Of a stretch of DNA of 64,000 bases, positions 23,501 to 35,200 are shown piece after piece (position 1 is the first letter of the stretch; each line of letters begins with the position of its first letter). Below the pieces are notes generated by a model. It worked only from the letters and a program-made list of their open reading frames with translations. It had not been told where the DNA came from and ran no database searches. A program made the position numbers and the translations under genes. The stretch comes from Macrostomum hystrix (lineage: Eukaryota; Animalia; Platyhelminthes): the NCBI GenBank assembly GCA_950097015.1, contig CATNEN010000034.1:2294001-2358000 (forward strand), read 5' to 3'.

Positions 23501-26117
23501 AGTTGGCACTATTTAGAATGGGTGGTCCTGAACTGTCGACCGGAGTTGTAATTCTGGGCCCGACTGTGCAATAATATGCTAATGCCTTCCAATTTTCATT
23601 ACCCTATTTGGCGCAGCTGTGATTTTACAATCTGCCAGCTCTCAAAGTGAAATTGTGCGCATTTATTGGCCAAGTTAGCCACCCCTTAGACACATTTTTT
23701 TAATTTTCAATCCCTTTATGATGCCTGCACATTTTTTTTGACAGAAAACGAATCGATTTCACGTTGTGTTGACAAGACATTTCGCATCACTTTCTTCTCA
23801 TTAAAAATATGATTTTTTCTCAGATTTTTCATGCCTTGATGCAATCATAATCCATAATTTCATTCATGAATTAATTATGATCCTGTTTAGTGCCTTTCTA
23901 AGCAGCTGAGGAGCTTCTTGGAAACGAATGTGCTTTGTAAGGGACGCCTATGGGTACTGTCGAAAGCTGACTATGGGTATCGAAAGTTGTCTATGGGTAT
24001 CGAAAGTTGTCTATGGGTATTGAAAGTTGTCTATGGGTGTTGAAAGTTGTCTATGGGTATCGAAAGTTGTCTATGGGTATTGAAAGTTGTCTATGGGTGT
24101 CGAAAGTTGTCTATGGGTATCGAAAGTTGTCTATGGGTGTTGAATGGTGTCTATGGGTGTTGAAAGTTGTCTATGGGTATTGAAAGTTGTCTATGGGTGT
24201 CGAAAGTTGTCTATGGGTGTCGAAAGTTGTCTATGGGTGTTGAAAGTTGTCTATGGGTGTCGAAAGTTGTCGATGGGTTATTTATGATTGAGAAAATTTT
24301 CGAAAGCTTGTCTAAAGTTGTCCAAGGTTGGCTAAATTCGGCATTCAGATAAATGAGCTTCGCTCTAACTGAGGAAAGCTCTAAGCTGGCAGACACGAAG
24401 CTACTCAGAGTCAGTTGGAGAGTTTTAATAAATTTTGTTGGACCACTTTGCAAGCCGAGTTCTGCTTTCATCTCCAAGTCACACGCTCTCTATTCTAGTT
24501 GAGTTTCTATTCGACTTCATGCGGACTTGAGCACATCTTTGCGAAATGAATACTGTTTATTGCCAAAAAGTTTTATTATTGGCCGGGCTTATTGTTCTGA
24601 GTTTAATTGAGCATTGGTGTCCCTGTCTCCCTGCCTTGTCTCTGTGCAATTAAATTAAGGGAGAGTGGCAAATCTCAGGGCTTCAATAAAAAAACTGAAA
24701 ATATAATTGCCTGACTTTAGGAGACATTAAGCGTTTGTGCCCTGAATACAGACTAAGATTTACAAGTCCATAATTATTATTTGCAGCAGGCCAAGAAAGC
24801 CATGAATTAAAAAGTCTAGGGGGTACAGGGTCTAGGAGTTAATAAACACGAAACAAAACTGAAAATTTTCATTATTTGCATGCTCGATAAGCTAATCAAT
24901 GTGTTTTATTTCTGACTTACAGGACTAATGATTGGTTGTTTGGTGTAGCTCGTAGTTAGTGTGCCAATTTGTAATGAATTGAGTAAGCGTGATTTCAAGT
25001 TGCACTATTCAGTTTTTTGCGAGTCAGTAAAACAGTCAGGCAGTGGCAGGCATAGCTCTGTGTTTGTCTGTCTGTGGCTTGTCTGCCAAAGACGCCGCAT
25101 ATTGCTCACTTTGGCATGTAAAAGGCTATAAAAATTGGGTAATTAAAAAACGAGTAAAAATGTCACAAAAACTTGCTCTGATGCCTGCTCAAAGTCTCTC
25201 CGCTGTCTGCCAGGCTCTATGGGTTCTCCAAGCCATTTTGAGTTTATACGACTTTTATTGACTCGCTTTTTTCTAATGAGTGCCTGCCCTGTCGTCTGCG
25301 ACACAATCTCAGTCTTTTTTATTGTTGTCACAATTTGCTCGCTTTTTAAACACCAAGTTGTCGATAGCTAAATGGTTCATTGTGACTCGGACATCATGCT
25401 CAGATATGCTTGACGTGGATCAGATATGCTTGCAATCTTAACGCGTTCTATTGCGAACTCAGATGGAAGCGGCTGAGGGCTGCGTACGACTGTTCAGTCC
25501 ATGGACTGGGGAGACGCCACACCCACATTCATACTCCCACAATAATACTGGTACCCATTTAGCAGCTGGGTGAACTGAAGCAATACAAAGATAAGTGTTT
25601 CTCTTATCGACACAAATTGTTCCGACAAAGTCGGAAAACGAACCCCCGACCTCCAAGTCGTGAGTGCGATGCTCTCATGCCTGCAGGAAGCGATATAGAA
25701 GGTCAATTTCAGCCCAAATCCTCAGATTGAAATCGATCCGGTCATTCACAGGTCTGGTTTCAAAACCGACGCACAAAATGGCGCAAGAAGCACTCTGGCG
25801 GGGAGTGCGGCGGCGGCGGTGGCGGCTCCGGCGGCGGCGGCGTCGGAGGCAGCGGGTTCGGTGCCAAGTCCGGCCTCCAGACAGCTGCGGGCATGGACTC
25901 AGACGAGGACATCGACGAGGATGTTGAGTCTGCCGCGTCCGCAATGGCAATGAACGGCGGCGTAGTTGACCTGCGGCACCGACTCGCCGCGTCCTCCTCG
26001 GACAACGACGACGACGAGCTGAGCTCGCGCTGCTCGCCTGACGAGGCGGTCCCACTCGGCCTTGAGTTGCCGACTGCCGCAAAGAAGGCGCGGCACAGTC
26101 ACGACATCTGCTCATGA
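17528..26117 (+). CDS. Nkx6: NK6-class homeobox transcription factor (Nkx6/HGTX), 322 aa, 3 exons
   Basis: Exon join 17528-17867, 20692-20954, 25752-26117 = 969 nt, phase-consistent. Eh1/TN motif TPHSITDIL and FWP motif present. Homeodomain [46 protein letters not shown]|[14 protein letters not shown] differs from human NKX6-1, as I recall it, at about 3 positions. Confidence 0.95.
17893..18422. repeat. 26-bp minisatellite (TTCAGGACTTCAGGATTCACAGTAGG)n at the 5' end of Nkx6 intron 1
   Basis: Starts ~25 bp after the donor at 17868, ~20 units. Confidence 0.95.
19335..20680. repeat. 12-bp minisatellite (ATCTATCCACCA / ATTCTGTCTACC)n at the 3' end of Nkx6 intron 1
   Basis: Ends ~10 bp before the acceptor AG at 20690-20691. 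Confidence 0.95.
21115..22075. repeat. Purine-rich GAGATGAGAC-core minisatellite in Nkx6 intron 2
   Basis: 16-18-bp units gagagatgagacacagga with higher-order blocks containing gtagtagagagatgaaacac. Confidence 0.92.
23948..24275. repeat. 20-bp minisatellite (CTATGGGTATCGAAAGTTGT)n
   Basis: ~15 units. Confidence 0.93.
25460..25678 (-). mobile_element. tRNA-derived SINE, family 2 (CORE-like middle domain), copy G
   Basis: The reverse complement reads ctcacgacttggaggtcgggggttcg…gtgtcgataagagaaacactt…gcttcagttcacccagctgctaaatgggtacc…cagtccatggactgaacagtcgtacgcagcc and aligns with the copy at 30368. The middle segment resembles invertebrate CORE-type SINE domains (recalled consensus, not searched). 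Confidence 0.78.
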
Positions 26118-26884
26118 GGGCTGCTCATGCCCCATTGTTTCACCACCACTCTGGGCTGATAGCTTCAAATATTTCAGAAAATTGTTCGTCATTTTTCGTG
26201 TTTTTTCAGATCTGCACATAAAAAGCGAAGCATACGTATTGCACTACTCATCCATATTAGGAAAGTAGTATATCGTGTGCGAAACTAGCTTTATTTCATG
26301 AATTAAGGAATTGAACCGATAAAGTTTACTGAGTAGCACGTGTTCTCAAGCTAATAGGATGCGCCAGGTACTTGTTGTGGAAATCGTGAGCATCATTTTC
26401 AGCTGCCCCCCTCGCCTTTGTGTTAAAAAGTGTTTTTTGCTACCAATTTTGATGGCTTCGCTCTAAATCTCCATTCACTGTCGAATTCTTGTCAATGTTA
26501 AGCTCATACAGCTGTTTTGGTGTCCCGCTTGTATAGAAATCATACTGAGCTGCATACTCAACTGTGTACTTGTGCGAATCAGCGTGGAACCTTTTGTTAC
26601 TATTGCAAGAGACTGACTAAAATGTAACATCATATTAAAAATTAGGCTTTTTGTAGACTTTCTTTTGCTCGTTAATTTTAACTGCGACTAACTATAATTG
26701 TCTATATATGAATATTATTGTTCACTCAATAGCATAAAAAACTAAATAAAGTGAATTGTTGGCATGAACTAACTTCACGCCTAGAAACTGATCAATTAGA
26801 AGATGAATCCTTTTATTCTACGATTTTTACGAATTTTCAGTCTGTAAACAATGCTACCATTCCGATAAATCCAACCCTCCCTCC

Positions 26885-27415
26885 ATGATTCATGCTACTC
26901 CCTCGAGTCATTATACCCCCTCGATAATTTATGCTACTCACTGCCACCACTTGATACACCATGCTACCCCCTCGCTAAATCATGCTACCCCCTCGCTAAA
27001 TCATGCTACCCCCTCGCTAAATCATGCTACCCCCTCGCTAAGTCATGCTACCCCCTCGCTAAATCATGCTACCCCCTCGCTAAATCATGCTACCCCCTCG
27101 CTAAGTCATGCTACCCCCTCGCTAAATCATGCTACCCCCTCGCTAAATCATGCTACCCCCTCGCTAAGTCATGCTACCCCCTCGCTAAGTCATGCTACCC
27201 CCTCGCTAAATCATGCTACCCCCTCGCTAAGTCATGCTACCCCCTCGCTAAGTCATGCTACCCCCTCGCTAAGTCATGCTACCCCCTCGCTAAGTCATGC
27301 TACCCCCTCGCTAAATCATGCTACCCCCTCGCTAAGTCATGCTACCCCCTCGCTAAGTCATGCTACCCCCTCGCTAAGTCATGCTACCCCCTCGCTAAGT
27401 CATGCTACCCCCTCA
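26885..27415. repeat. 21-bp minisatellite (CATGCTACCCCCTCGCTAAAT)n
   Basis: ~24 units downstream of Nkx6, adjacent to the LINE fragment. Confidence 0.95.
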
Positions 27416-27466
27416 ACGCCTTGTACATCAACGCCAAGAGAGAGTGGCAATGTGGTCTGAAGTTCG

Positions 27467-28387
27467 CTAGCCCTTTCTATTTCCTATTTGACTGGCTGAA
27501 ACCAAGTCGAGGGTGCGAATATGAGTTTCTAGCTTTTCATAGATAAGTGAGGCAAACAGGCGAGCCAGGGCAGGCAGCACGCTTATGGGTCTGTAGTTTT
27601 TGGGGTCACTACGGGATCCCTTTTTATAAATCGGTGTGATTAGGGCATTTGACCACTGTGCAGGAGTGTGGCCGAGTCTTACGCTTGCGTTAAATAGCTT
27701 CTGAAGCACGCGTTTTAGCTTCTCTTGTCCGTAGATAATGAGCTCATTTGTTATACCATCTATTCCTGCAGCCTTTCTTCTCTTTAGCTTTTTGACTGCT
27801 CTATCGAGATCTACGCAGCTAATTAAATCTTCGGGACTAACTGCTTCATCTGTGCGATGCGGCTGGGTTCCCGAAGAAGGATGTGCGTTAAACACTTTGG
27901 TTAGGTTGTCCGCGATGTCAGCGATTGGGGCTTGAGATCTGTTCAGTCTCTTTGAGGTTCCGTTAGCCGCCATTTTCTGAATGCAGTCATTTATGTTCAT
28001 CTGCTTACGTTTCTTGAGCTGTCGTTTGTATTTTTTGCTAGCCCATTATATTTCATCGCGTGCGTCAATAGATTGCAACTTTCTAATCATTTACTCGTTT
28101 TGTTTGTTATTCAATGCCTCAATGTAACTTCCCTGCTTTTCAGTGTCCCATCTTGGAGGGATTGGGAAGGATTCATGTTTTTCCTGGTTTGCGTGTTCTG
28201 GTTGGACGTGATCAGGAAAAATCAGAGTGACTGTTAGCGGGCAATGTCTGGACAGAAAGATTTGAGGATGAATAAAGAAATATTTTATAATATCCATTTT
28301 ATCCATGGATGCAATAGCGTAGTCTATGGTACTTCGGCCCAGTGTGCTACTGAACGTGTAATTTCCCATAATGTCACCCTGAGTCAT
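27467..28387 (-). mobile_element. Decayed non-LTR retrotransposon (LINE) fragment: APE endonuclease C-terminus plus RT N-terminus
   Basis: 28091-28387 encodes YTFSSTLGRSTIDYAI…LSRHCPL (APE end). 27467-28000 encodes LKRRKAAGIDGITNE…WSNALITPIYKKGSRSDPKNYRPISVLPALARLF (RT domains 0-2). The ORF is broken between them and truncated at both ends. Clade is not determinable by eye. Confidence 0.9.
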
Positions 28388-29232
28388 TATAAGGCTTCAG
28401 CAACGTATTATGGTATAAACGATCACTCAGCGATAATGGCATGTCTATGGCACAAACTGCGCCAATCCGCCATGAGCCAGAAGCTGACAAAATTTGGACG
28501 CTTATATTTGTTTCTTTTCAATTATCAATTAAAGTATTTTACCAACCGGTAAAAGCATTATAAGGCTTCAGGCCATAGACAAATCAACTCCCCCTATAAC
28601 GCCGTTGCTTGTCGACCGACAGCCGCCAGATAGCGGCTCGATCGACCGCCATTAACTTGCTCGGCACCCAACCAGTAAAGTTCCATTACGTTCAGAATCG
28701 TGCTCGTACCAGTTTAGCTTAATAAAAATACATGTACCGATTCGGGTCCATTTGAAATCTTTGGGCCAAGAAACGAAGAAACTCGGTTGAGCGGTTTGGG
28801 AGTGAGTCGATTGCAAACAAGCAAGATTATCATCTTTTATATATTTGACTTTTCTCTCCAGTTTCAATATTCAGGGCTCCATGGTACAGGGATTAAGTGA
28901 ACCGGAATATTGATAAGAATTTCGCACCAAAGGAAACTGGACACCACGTTTGCTTACTGTACTATAAGGAATTGGAATGCTAAACAGCAGTTATTTAACT
29001 TCTGTTTCTTTAATAAAATAATTGTTAACCAATCACCACTAAGAAAGGGTCGATCGAATGTAGACGATTAAGAAAATAGGATTATTATCTAAGCCGCATT
29101 ACTACAATAATCAAGTACTTTTAATTGAACAAATTATCGAAATAGGTTTCTTTTATGACCCAATGTCCTTAAATTTAGAGTAAGGATGCACCGATCGCTC
29201 AACTGATCAGTAGCGCAATAAGGAGAGTTCTT

Positions 29233-32200
29233 TCAGGTTGACACTCCTTTCAACACATCCTTTGGCAGCTTCCAGCCTACTGGAACCAGATTTCTCCTGT
29301 TGAAGTCAGTCAGCCAGGTGTGCAGCGGACGGAAGTAATCCAAAATGGCCGAAGTCTGCAGCCCGTTTTCTTTGGTGAAATCGCGTAGGGTCTGCTGCCA
29401 CGGCCGGCTGCTGCCAGACTTCAGCATCCGCCTGGAGTGAAACAGGTTGCGGCTGTTAAACTGGGTAAAGTACAACAATCTGCGCAAAATCCACCAACGA
29501 ATTGGGAATCCACCAACGAATTGCGAATCCACCAACGAATTGGGATTCCACCAACGAATTGGGATTCCACCAACGAATTGAGAATCCACCAACGAATTGA
29601 GAATCCACCAACGAATTGGGATTCCACCAACGAATTGAGAATCCACCAACGAATTGGGAATCCACCAACGAACTGGGAATCCACCAACGAATTGGGAATC
29701 CACCAACGAATTGGGAATCCACCAACGAATTGAGAATCCACCAACGAATTGAGAATCCACCAACGAATTGAGAATCCACCAACGAATTGGGATTCCACCA
29801 ACGAATTGAGAATCCACCAACGAATTGAGAATCCACCAACGAATTGAGAATCCACCAACGAATTGGGAATCCACCAACGAATTGGGAATCCACCAACGAA
29901 TTGGGAATCCACCAACGAATTGAGAATCCACTAAGGAATTGCGAATCCACCAACGAATTGCGAATCCACCAACGAATTGAGAATCTATCGGTGAATGAAT
30001 CATAAATGTAGAAAGTTTGATGAGAACGAACCCGTGTGTACTTTTAAGAGAGCATCTGGCAGGTTGATTTTATGCCTAGTAGAGCAATATGCAGTGTGCT
30101 AATAACTAGCTTATTTTTAAGCGAAAACATTCACTATGCTTATCGAGGAAAAATTGACTGGAGCAAGTTACAGTTGCGAGTAAAGCTTATGGACCATGGT
30201 ACTAGAGCAATTTTAGGTCACAAATCATCAGTGATGGCCGCAGATGACAAGCCGGATGCTGAAGTTGGACGCACGAATAGAACAGCTGGCCCAAAGTTAA
30301 ATGAGTATCATTATTGCCCACTCGGAGCTTCCACTCTGCTTACAAGCCAGACCAACACAGTCCCAATGGCTGTAGCCTAGTGGTTAGAGCGTTGGACTCA
30401 CGACTTAAAGCCAGAGGTCGGAGGTTCGATACCCGACTACACTGGAACAATTTGTGTCCTTTAGATTCTGCATTACTTCAATTAACCCAGGAATAGATGC
30501 GGTAATTTGAGGGTGGGTCTGGCATCCCACACAGTCCATGGACTGAACAGCCGTACGCAGCCTTCAGATGCGCCGAGCACTAGCTGCTGCTGTGCTGTCG
30601 GATGCACATCTGGCCCAATTGGAGCAGGTGTGTTAAAAAAAGGGCAAGACCGCAATACTGAGGTCAGGGGGTCAGTGGCAGAGCGGCGTTTGCCCCTCGC
30701 GCCAAGGTCCCTTAGCTCGATGCCGCGGCGAGGCGACATTCATTTTGGGCGCAGCCGCGTAGAGAAGGCTTGGTGGCTTGTCCTGAAATTTGCGCCATTG
30801 AGGGCCAACCTCCAAGGCACAGTGAAATGTACACGGCCTGACGATGAGAAAGTCAGGGCAGATGTACACACCTATGCAAGCGTGTGCCTGCGTACGGTAT
30901 CTGTGTGCGTGTGTGCTCAGGAGTCAGCGAAATTGGCAGAATTGCCTCCTCGCTGGCTGCGGGTCTAGTGTCACCGAAGTATGTGCCATTGCCCGCAGCC
31001 CTCCTGCAATTATTATTATTACTATGGTCTGTCGTGTCCTGCGCTGAGAATCAATGTTCTCCCATATTTAATAAACCTAAAGAGGAACAGCCGGTCTCTC
31101 GGTTGCTTACAGGAACTTCCGACCGGCCACTTTACTCCGATAGAAGTCGCACCGGTTCACGGGTCCCCGGTGACCGCTAAGGCGGCACATTCGCCTGTGC
31201 AGCTGGAACTGCAGGATGAAGCTGAAGTAGTAGCGGATGTAGCTGATGTCCAGAGCCACGTGGTACTTGGCCCCGGCGTCGAAACCGCCGGCTGGCCGAG
31301 CCACCGGGGGACAGATGCCGCCGAGCTGGGCTCGCAGGTCCCACCAGACGCGGTTGTAGCTGTCCGGCCCGGCTGTGCCGTTGAAGGCGAGCCAGCGGAA
31401 CACGCCCGTGGTGAGAGCGAACGGCAGGAAGGCGACCTTGTCCAAGGCCATGGAAAACAGGCTGTTCAGGTCCTTCTCTGCGGGCAGTTTTTTGGCAACG
31501 GGTCGCGTTTTTTGTCTATTAATCCTTCTTTAACGAATCTTCTTCTTTGCATGCATTAACAGTAGAAAGACAGGCAATTTTCACCCTGGCGAGAATCATA
31601 GACTCATATACCACGAAGGTATATTTAATACCCACGGCCTGCATCCCGATAGCTCCCAAAACCGAATGTCCGATCCCCATATTGGTTCAATAATATACTC
31701 ATAATAAGCAACAGTATAGAAAATACAATATGATCAACAAGAATAGCCGACATGGTTACATGATGACATTTTGTGAGCAGAAAACTATGCCTGTATTGGT
31801 GGGTTCTGGATGTTGTTTAATAGGATAGAGCGTAAAATTTTAGGCCGCGTTCTGGATTTTAAATGCCCACAGTGATTTTGCTATTGGTGATGGTCATGCT
31901 AAAGAAACAATTATTTTTGTTCTTATTACGCAAAGCTGATAGGCGGGAGCGACAAAGCCAGGCAGGGCTGGGGGGTAGAGATGATAGAAAAGGCCTCGCA
32001 CGCAGCCAATCAGGTGGCGGCGCGGGGCACGCAGAGCGGGGGAATGGGAGGAGGGCGAGACAAAGGACGAGCAAACACAACCGGTTAGAAAACGGCCTGG
32101 CGGGCAGCCGACACTACAGCCTCAGGAGCAAAGGCACTACACAACATGCTCAATCCAACCGATGGCTTAAAAAACTCGACTTTTGGCTTACCGGAACTTT

Positions 32201-35200
32201 CTCTGCCGCCCTGTATGATTCCGAGCTTTGCAAAGTGCGCCTCGGTGTCAACTGACAGGGCCATGGTGTCACCCACCGCCTCGTGGAAGCCGCTATTGGC
32301 GCTGTTGCGAAACTCTCTGGGCTGTCGACTGTACGCCATGAAGTACTCGACGTGGCCCATCTCGTGGTGGATGACGTAGAAATCTTCCCTGGTGATTCGG
32401 CCGCACATTTTGATGCGAAAATCAGCCTTGTTGGAAAACTCCCAGGCGGATGCGTGACAGTCCTTTACCTCGCTGGCGTTGGCCGGCTTGAAAAAGTCGC
32501 TGCGCTTCCAGAACTGCTTCGTCATGCCGGGCATGCCCAGCGACTTGTAGAACTCCTCGGCTGCTCGCACCAGCTCCGTGAAGTTGCCGAAATTCTGTTC
32601 CAACAGTCGCGTGTAGTTCGCACTGTTCGCCACGCTGACCGGATGCGGAAAGTCCGTGGGCTCCAGGCGCCACTGCTGGGCCCACTGGTCGTGGCCGAGG
32701 ATGTGGGCGGGCAGGCAGCCGTCCGGCTCGAACCGGCCGGGGAATCTGCGAGCCAGCCGGTGGCGGACGTAGGCGTGCAGCTGTCTGTACAGATCGAGCA
32801 GCTCATTGTGCCACGTGAGCACATCGGAGTTGAAGCTGTTGGACTCGAAGTCTGTCATCCAGTCGGCCTCTCCGGAGTCGCGGAAGCCGAGCTGCTGCGC
32901 TCCTCGGTTCGCCAGCCGGATGTAGTCGGTGAAATTCTTTGCCAGGGCGTCGGCAGCTGCGTCGTGCCAGGCGCGCCAGATGTCCAGCTTCAAGTCGTAG
33001 CTGCTTGCCTCGTCGGCCATGACGTCCGCGACAGCCTGTTCGCCCACTGCGAGGCATTTGGTAGCGTTACCGACTTTGTGGCACGCGGAGAGCTTTGAGT
33101 AGGCATCCGCCATGCTCTGTTGCAGCAGTGAGAGAGTGCTGCAATGAAATCAGACCTCTCTGGCTCAGAGGCAGCCGATGCGGTTTTTAATAACTAGCTC
33201 GTACATTACGATGCGAAAGACGAACTCACTGTCTCTCAGCCTCATCCTCCAGTGTGCCATCCAGCGTGAGCAGTTTAAATCTGCGACGCAACGCAGCACT
33301 GCGAAATCTGCGCCACTTAAAACGTCGGGCGATTTTCAGGTGACGAAGGCTCCACACCTGGATGCGACTGGACAGCTCCAGAATCTGCAATCGGTTGGTA
33401 AGACTAGAGTTTTTAATTCATGGCTGATTGCTCTCTGCTATAGTCATGTACTCGTAATGATAATTAATAATAATGGCACGACGGCTTCGGGCATGTCATT
33501 GCATGTCAGTTGGTGGCACTTCTGTCCATTTCGCTGACTCCTGAGCTCACACGCACACAGATACCGTACGAAGGCAAACGCTCAAACAGGTGTGTACATC
33601 TGCCCTGACTTTCTCATTGTCTGTCAGTGTACACTCTCACTGCGCCTTGGAGGTTGGCCTTTTGGGGCGCCTTGGAGAAGGGCGTAAATTTTACTACAAG
33701 CCCCCAAGCCTTCTCTCCGCGGGACCTTGGTGCGAGTGGCAAACGCGTTAGACTGCTCTGCCACTTACCCCATCGTGTACTTTTGTCACAATTTTATGAT
33801 ACGAACTGTGTTGCGGACGTCCATGGACAGCTAGAGCCGCCACACCAACCTAAATTTCTTTCAAGGCTCGGACCTCACCTGTTCTCCGAGCTCCTTGCGC
33901 AGTCGGTTGGCGTAGGCGAAGCTGAACCTGTTGGAAATGTTGGTGAAATAGTCCGCTGACTTGCCGAGCTTGTCAATCCAGCGCTTGGCGCAGGCCTCGT
34001 CAGTTGTGCTGCTGCCTGCGTTCGTATTGGCAATCTTACGATAACTGGAGTGGGGCCAAGTTTGGCAATAAAAAGTCAACAGTAATTGTAATGACAGCCG
34101 AGTGACAGCAATGGCAGCCGAGGGACAGCAATGACAGATGAGTGACAGCAGTGACAGCCGAGGGACAGTAATGACAGCCGAGTGACAGCAGTGGCAGCCG
34201 AGGGACAGCAATGACAACCAAGTGGAAGCAGTGACAGCCGAGCGACAGCAATGACAGCCGAGTGACAGCAATGACAGCCGAGTGACAGCAATGACAGCCG
34301 AGCGACAGCAATTACAGATGAGTGATAGCAGTGACAGCCGAGGGACAGTAATGACAACCAAGTGGCAGAAATGACAGCCGAGGGACAGCAATGACAGATG
34401 AGTGACAGCAGTGACAGCCGAGGGACAGTAATGACAGCCGAGTGACAGCAGTGGCAGCCGAGGGACAGCAATGACAACCAAGTGGAAGCAGTGACAGCCG
34501 AGCGACAGCAATGACAGATGAGTGACAGCAGTGACAGCCGAGGGACAGTAATGACAGCCGAGTGACAGCAGTGGCAGCCGAGGGACAGCAATGACAACCA
34601 AGTGGAAGCAGTGACAGCCGAGCGACAGCAATGACAGCCGAGTGACAGCAATGACAGCCGAGTGACAGCAATGACAGCCGAGCGACAGCAATTACAGATG
34701 AGTGATAGCAGTGACAGCCGAGGGACAGTAATGACAACCAAGTGGCAGAAATGACAGCCGAGGGACAGCAATGACAGATGAGTGACAGCAGTGACAGCCG
34801 AGGGACAGTAATGACAGCCGAGTGACAGCAGTGGCAGCCGAGGGACAGCAATGACAACCAAGTGGAAGCAGTGACAGCCGAGCGACAGCAATGACAGCCG
34901 AGTGACAGCAATGACAGCCGAGTGACAGCAATGACAGCCAAGGACAGCAATGACCCCTGAGTGACAGCAGTGACAGCCGAGTGACAGAAATGACAACCGA
35001 GTAACAGCAATTAAAGATGAGTGACAGCAGTGACAGCCGAGGGACAGGAATGACAGCTGAGCGACAGCAATGACAACCAAGTGGCAGCAGTGACAGCGGA
35101 AGGACAGCAGTTAAAGATGAGTGATAGCAGTGACAGCCGAAGGACAGCAATGACAACCAAGTGGCAGCAATGACAGCCGAGGGACAGCAATGACAGCCGA

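Noticed and set aside
30368-30445. tRNA gene
   Set aside because: A and B boxes are present but the acceptor stem does not close, and the sequence continues into a body shared with 25460-25678, so it is a SINE head.
32283-33098. 271-aa plus-strand ORF and other GC-rich antisense ORFs over the ACE, Nkx6 and zinc-finger exons
   Set aside because: These are antisense or alternative-frame shadows of GC-rich coding exons with no recognisable motifs.
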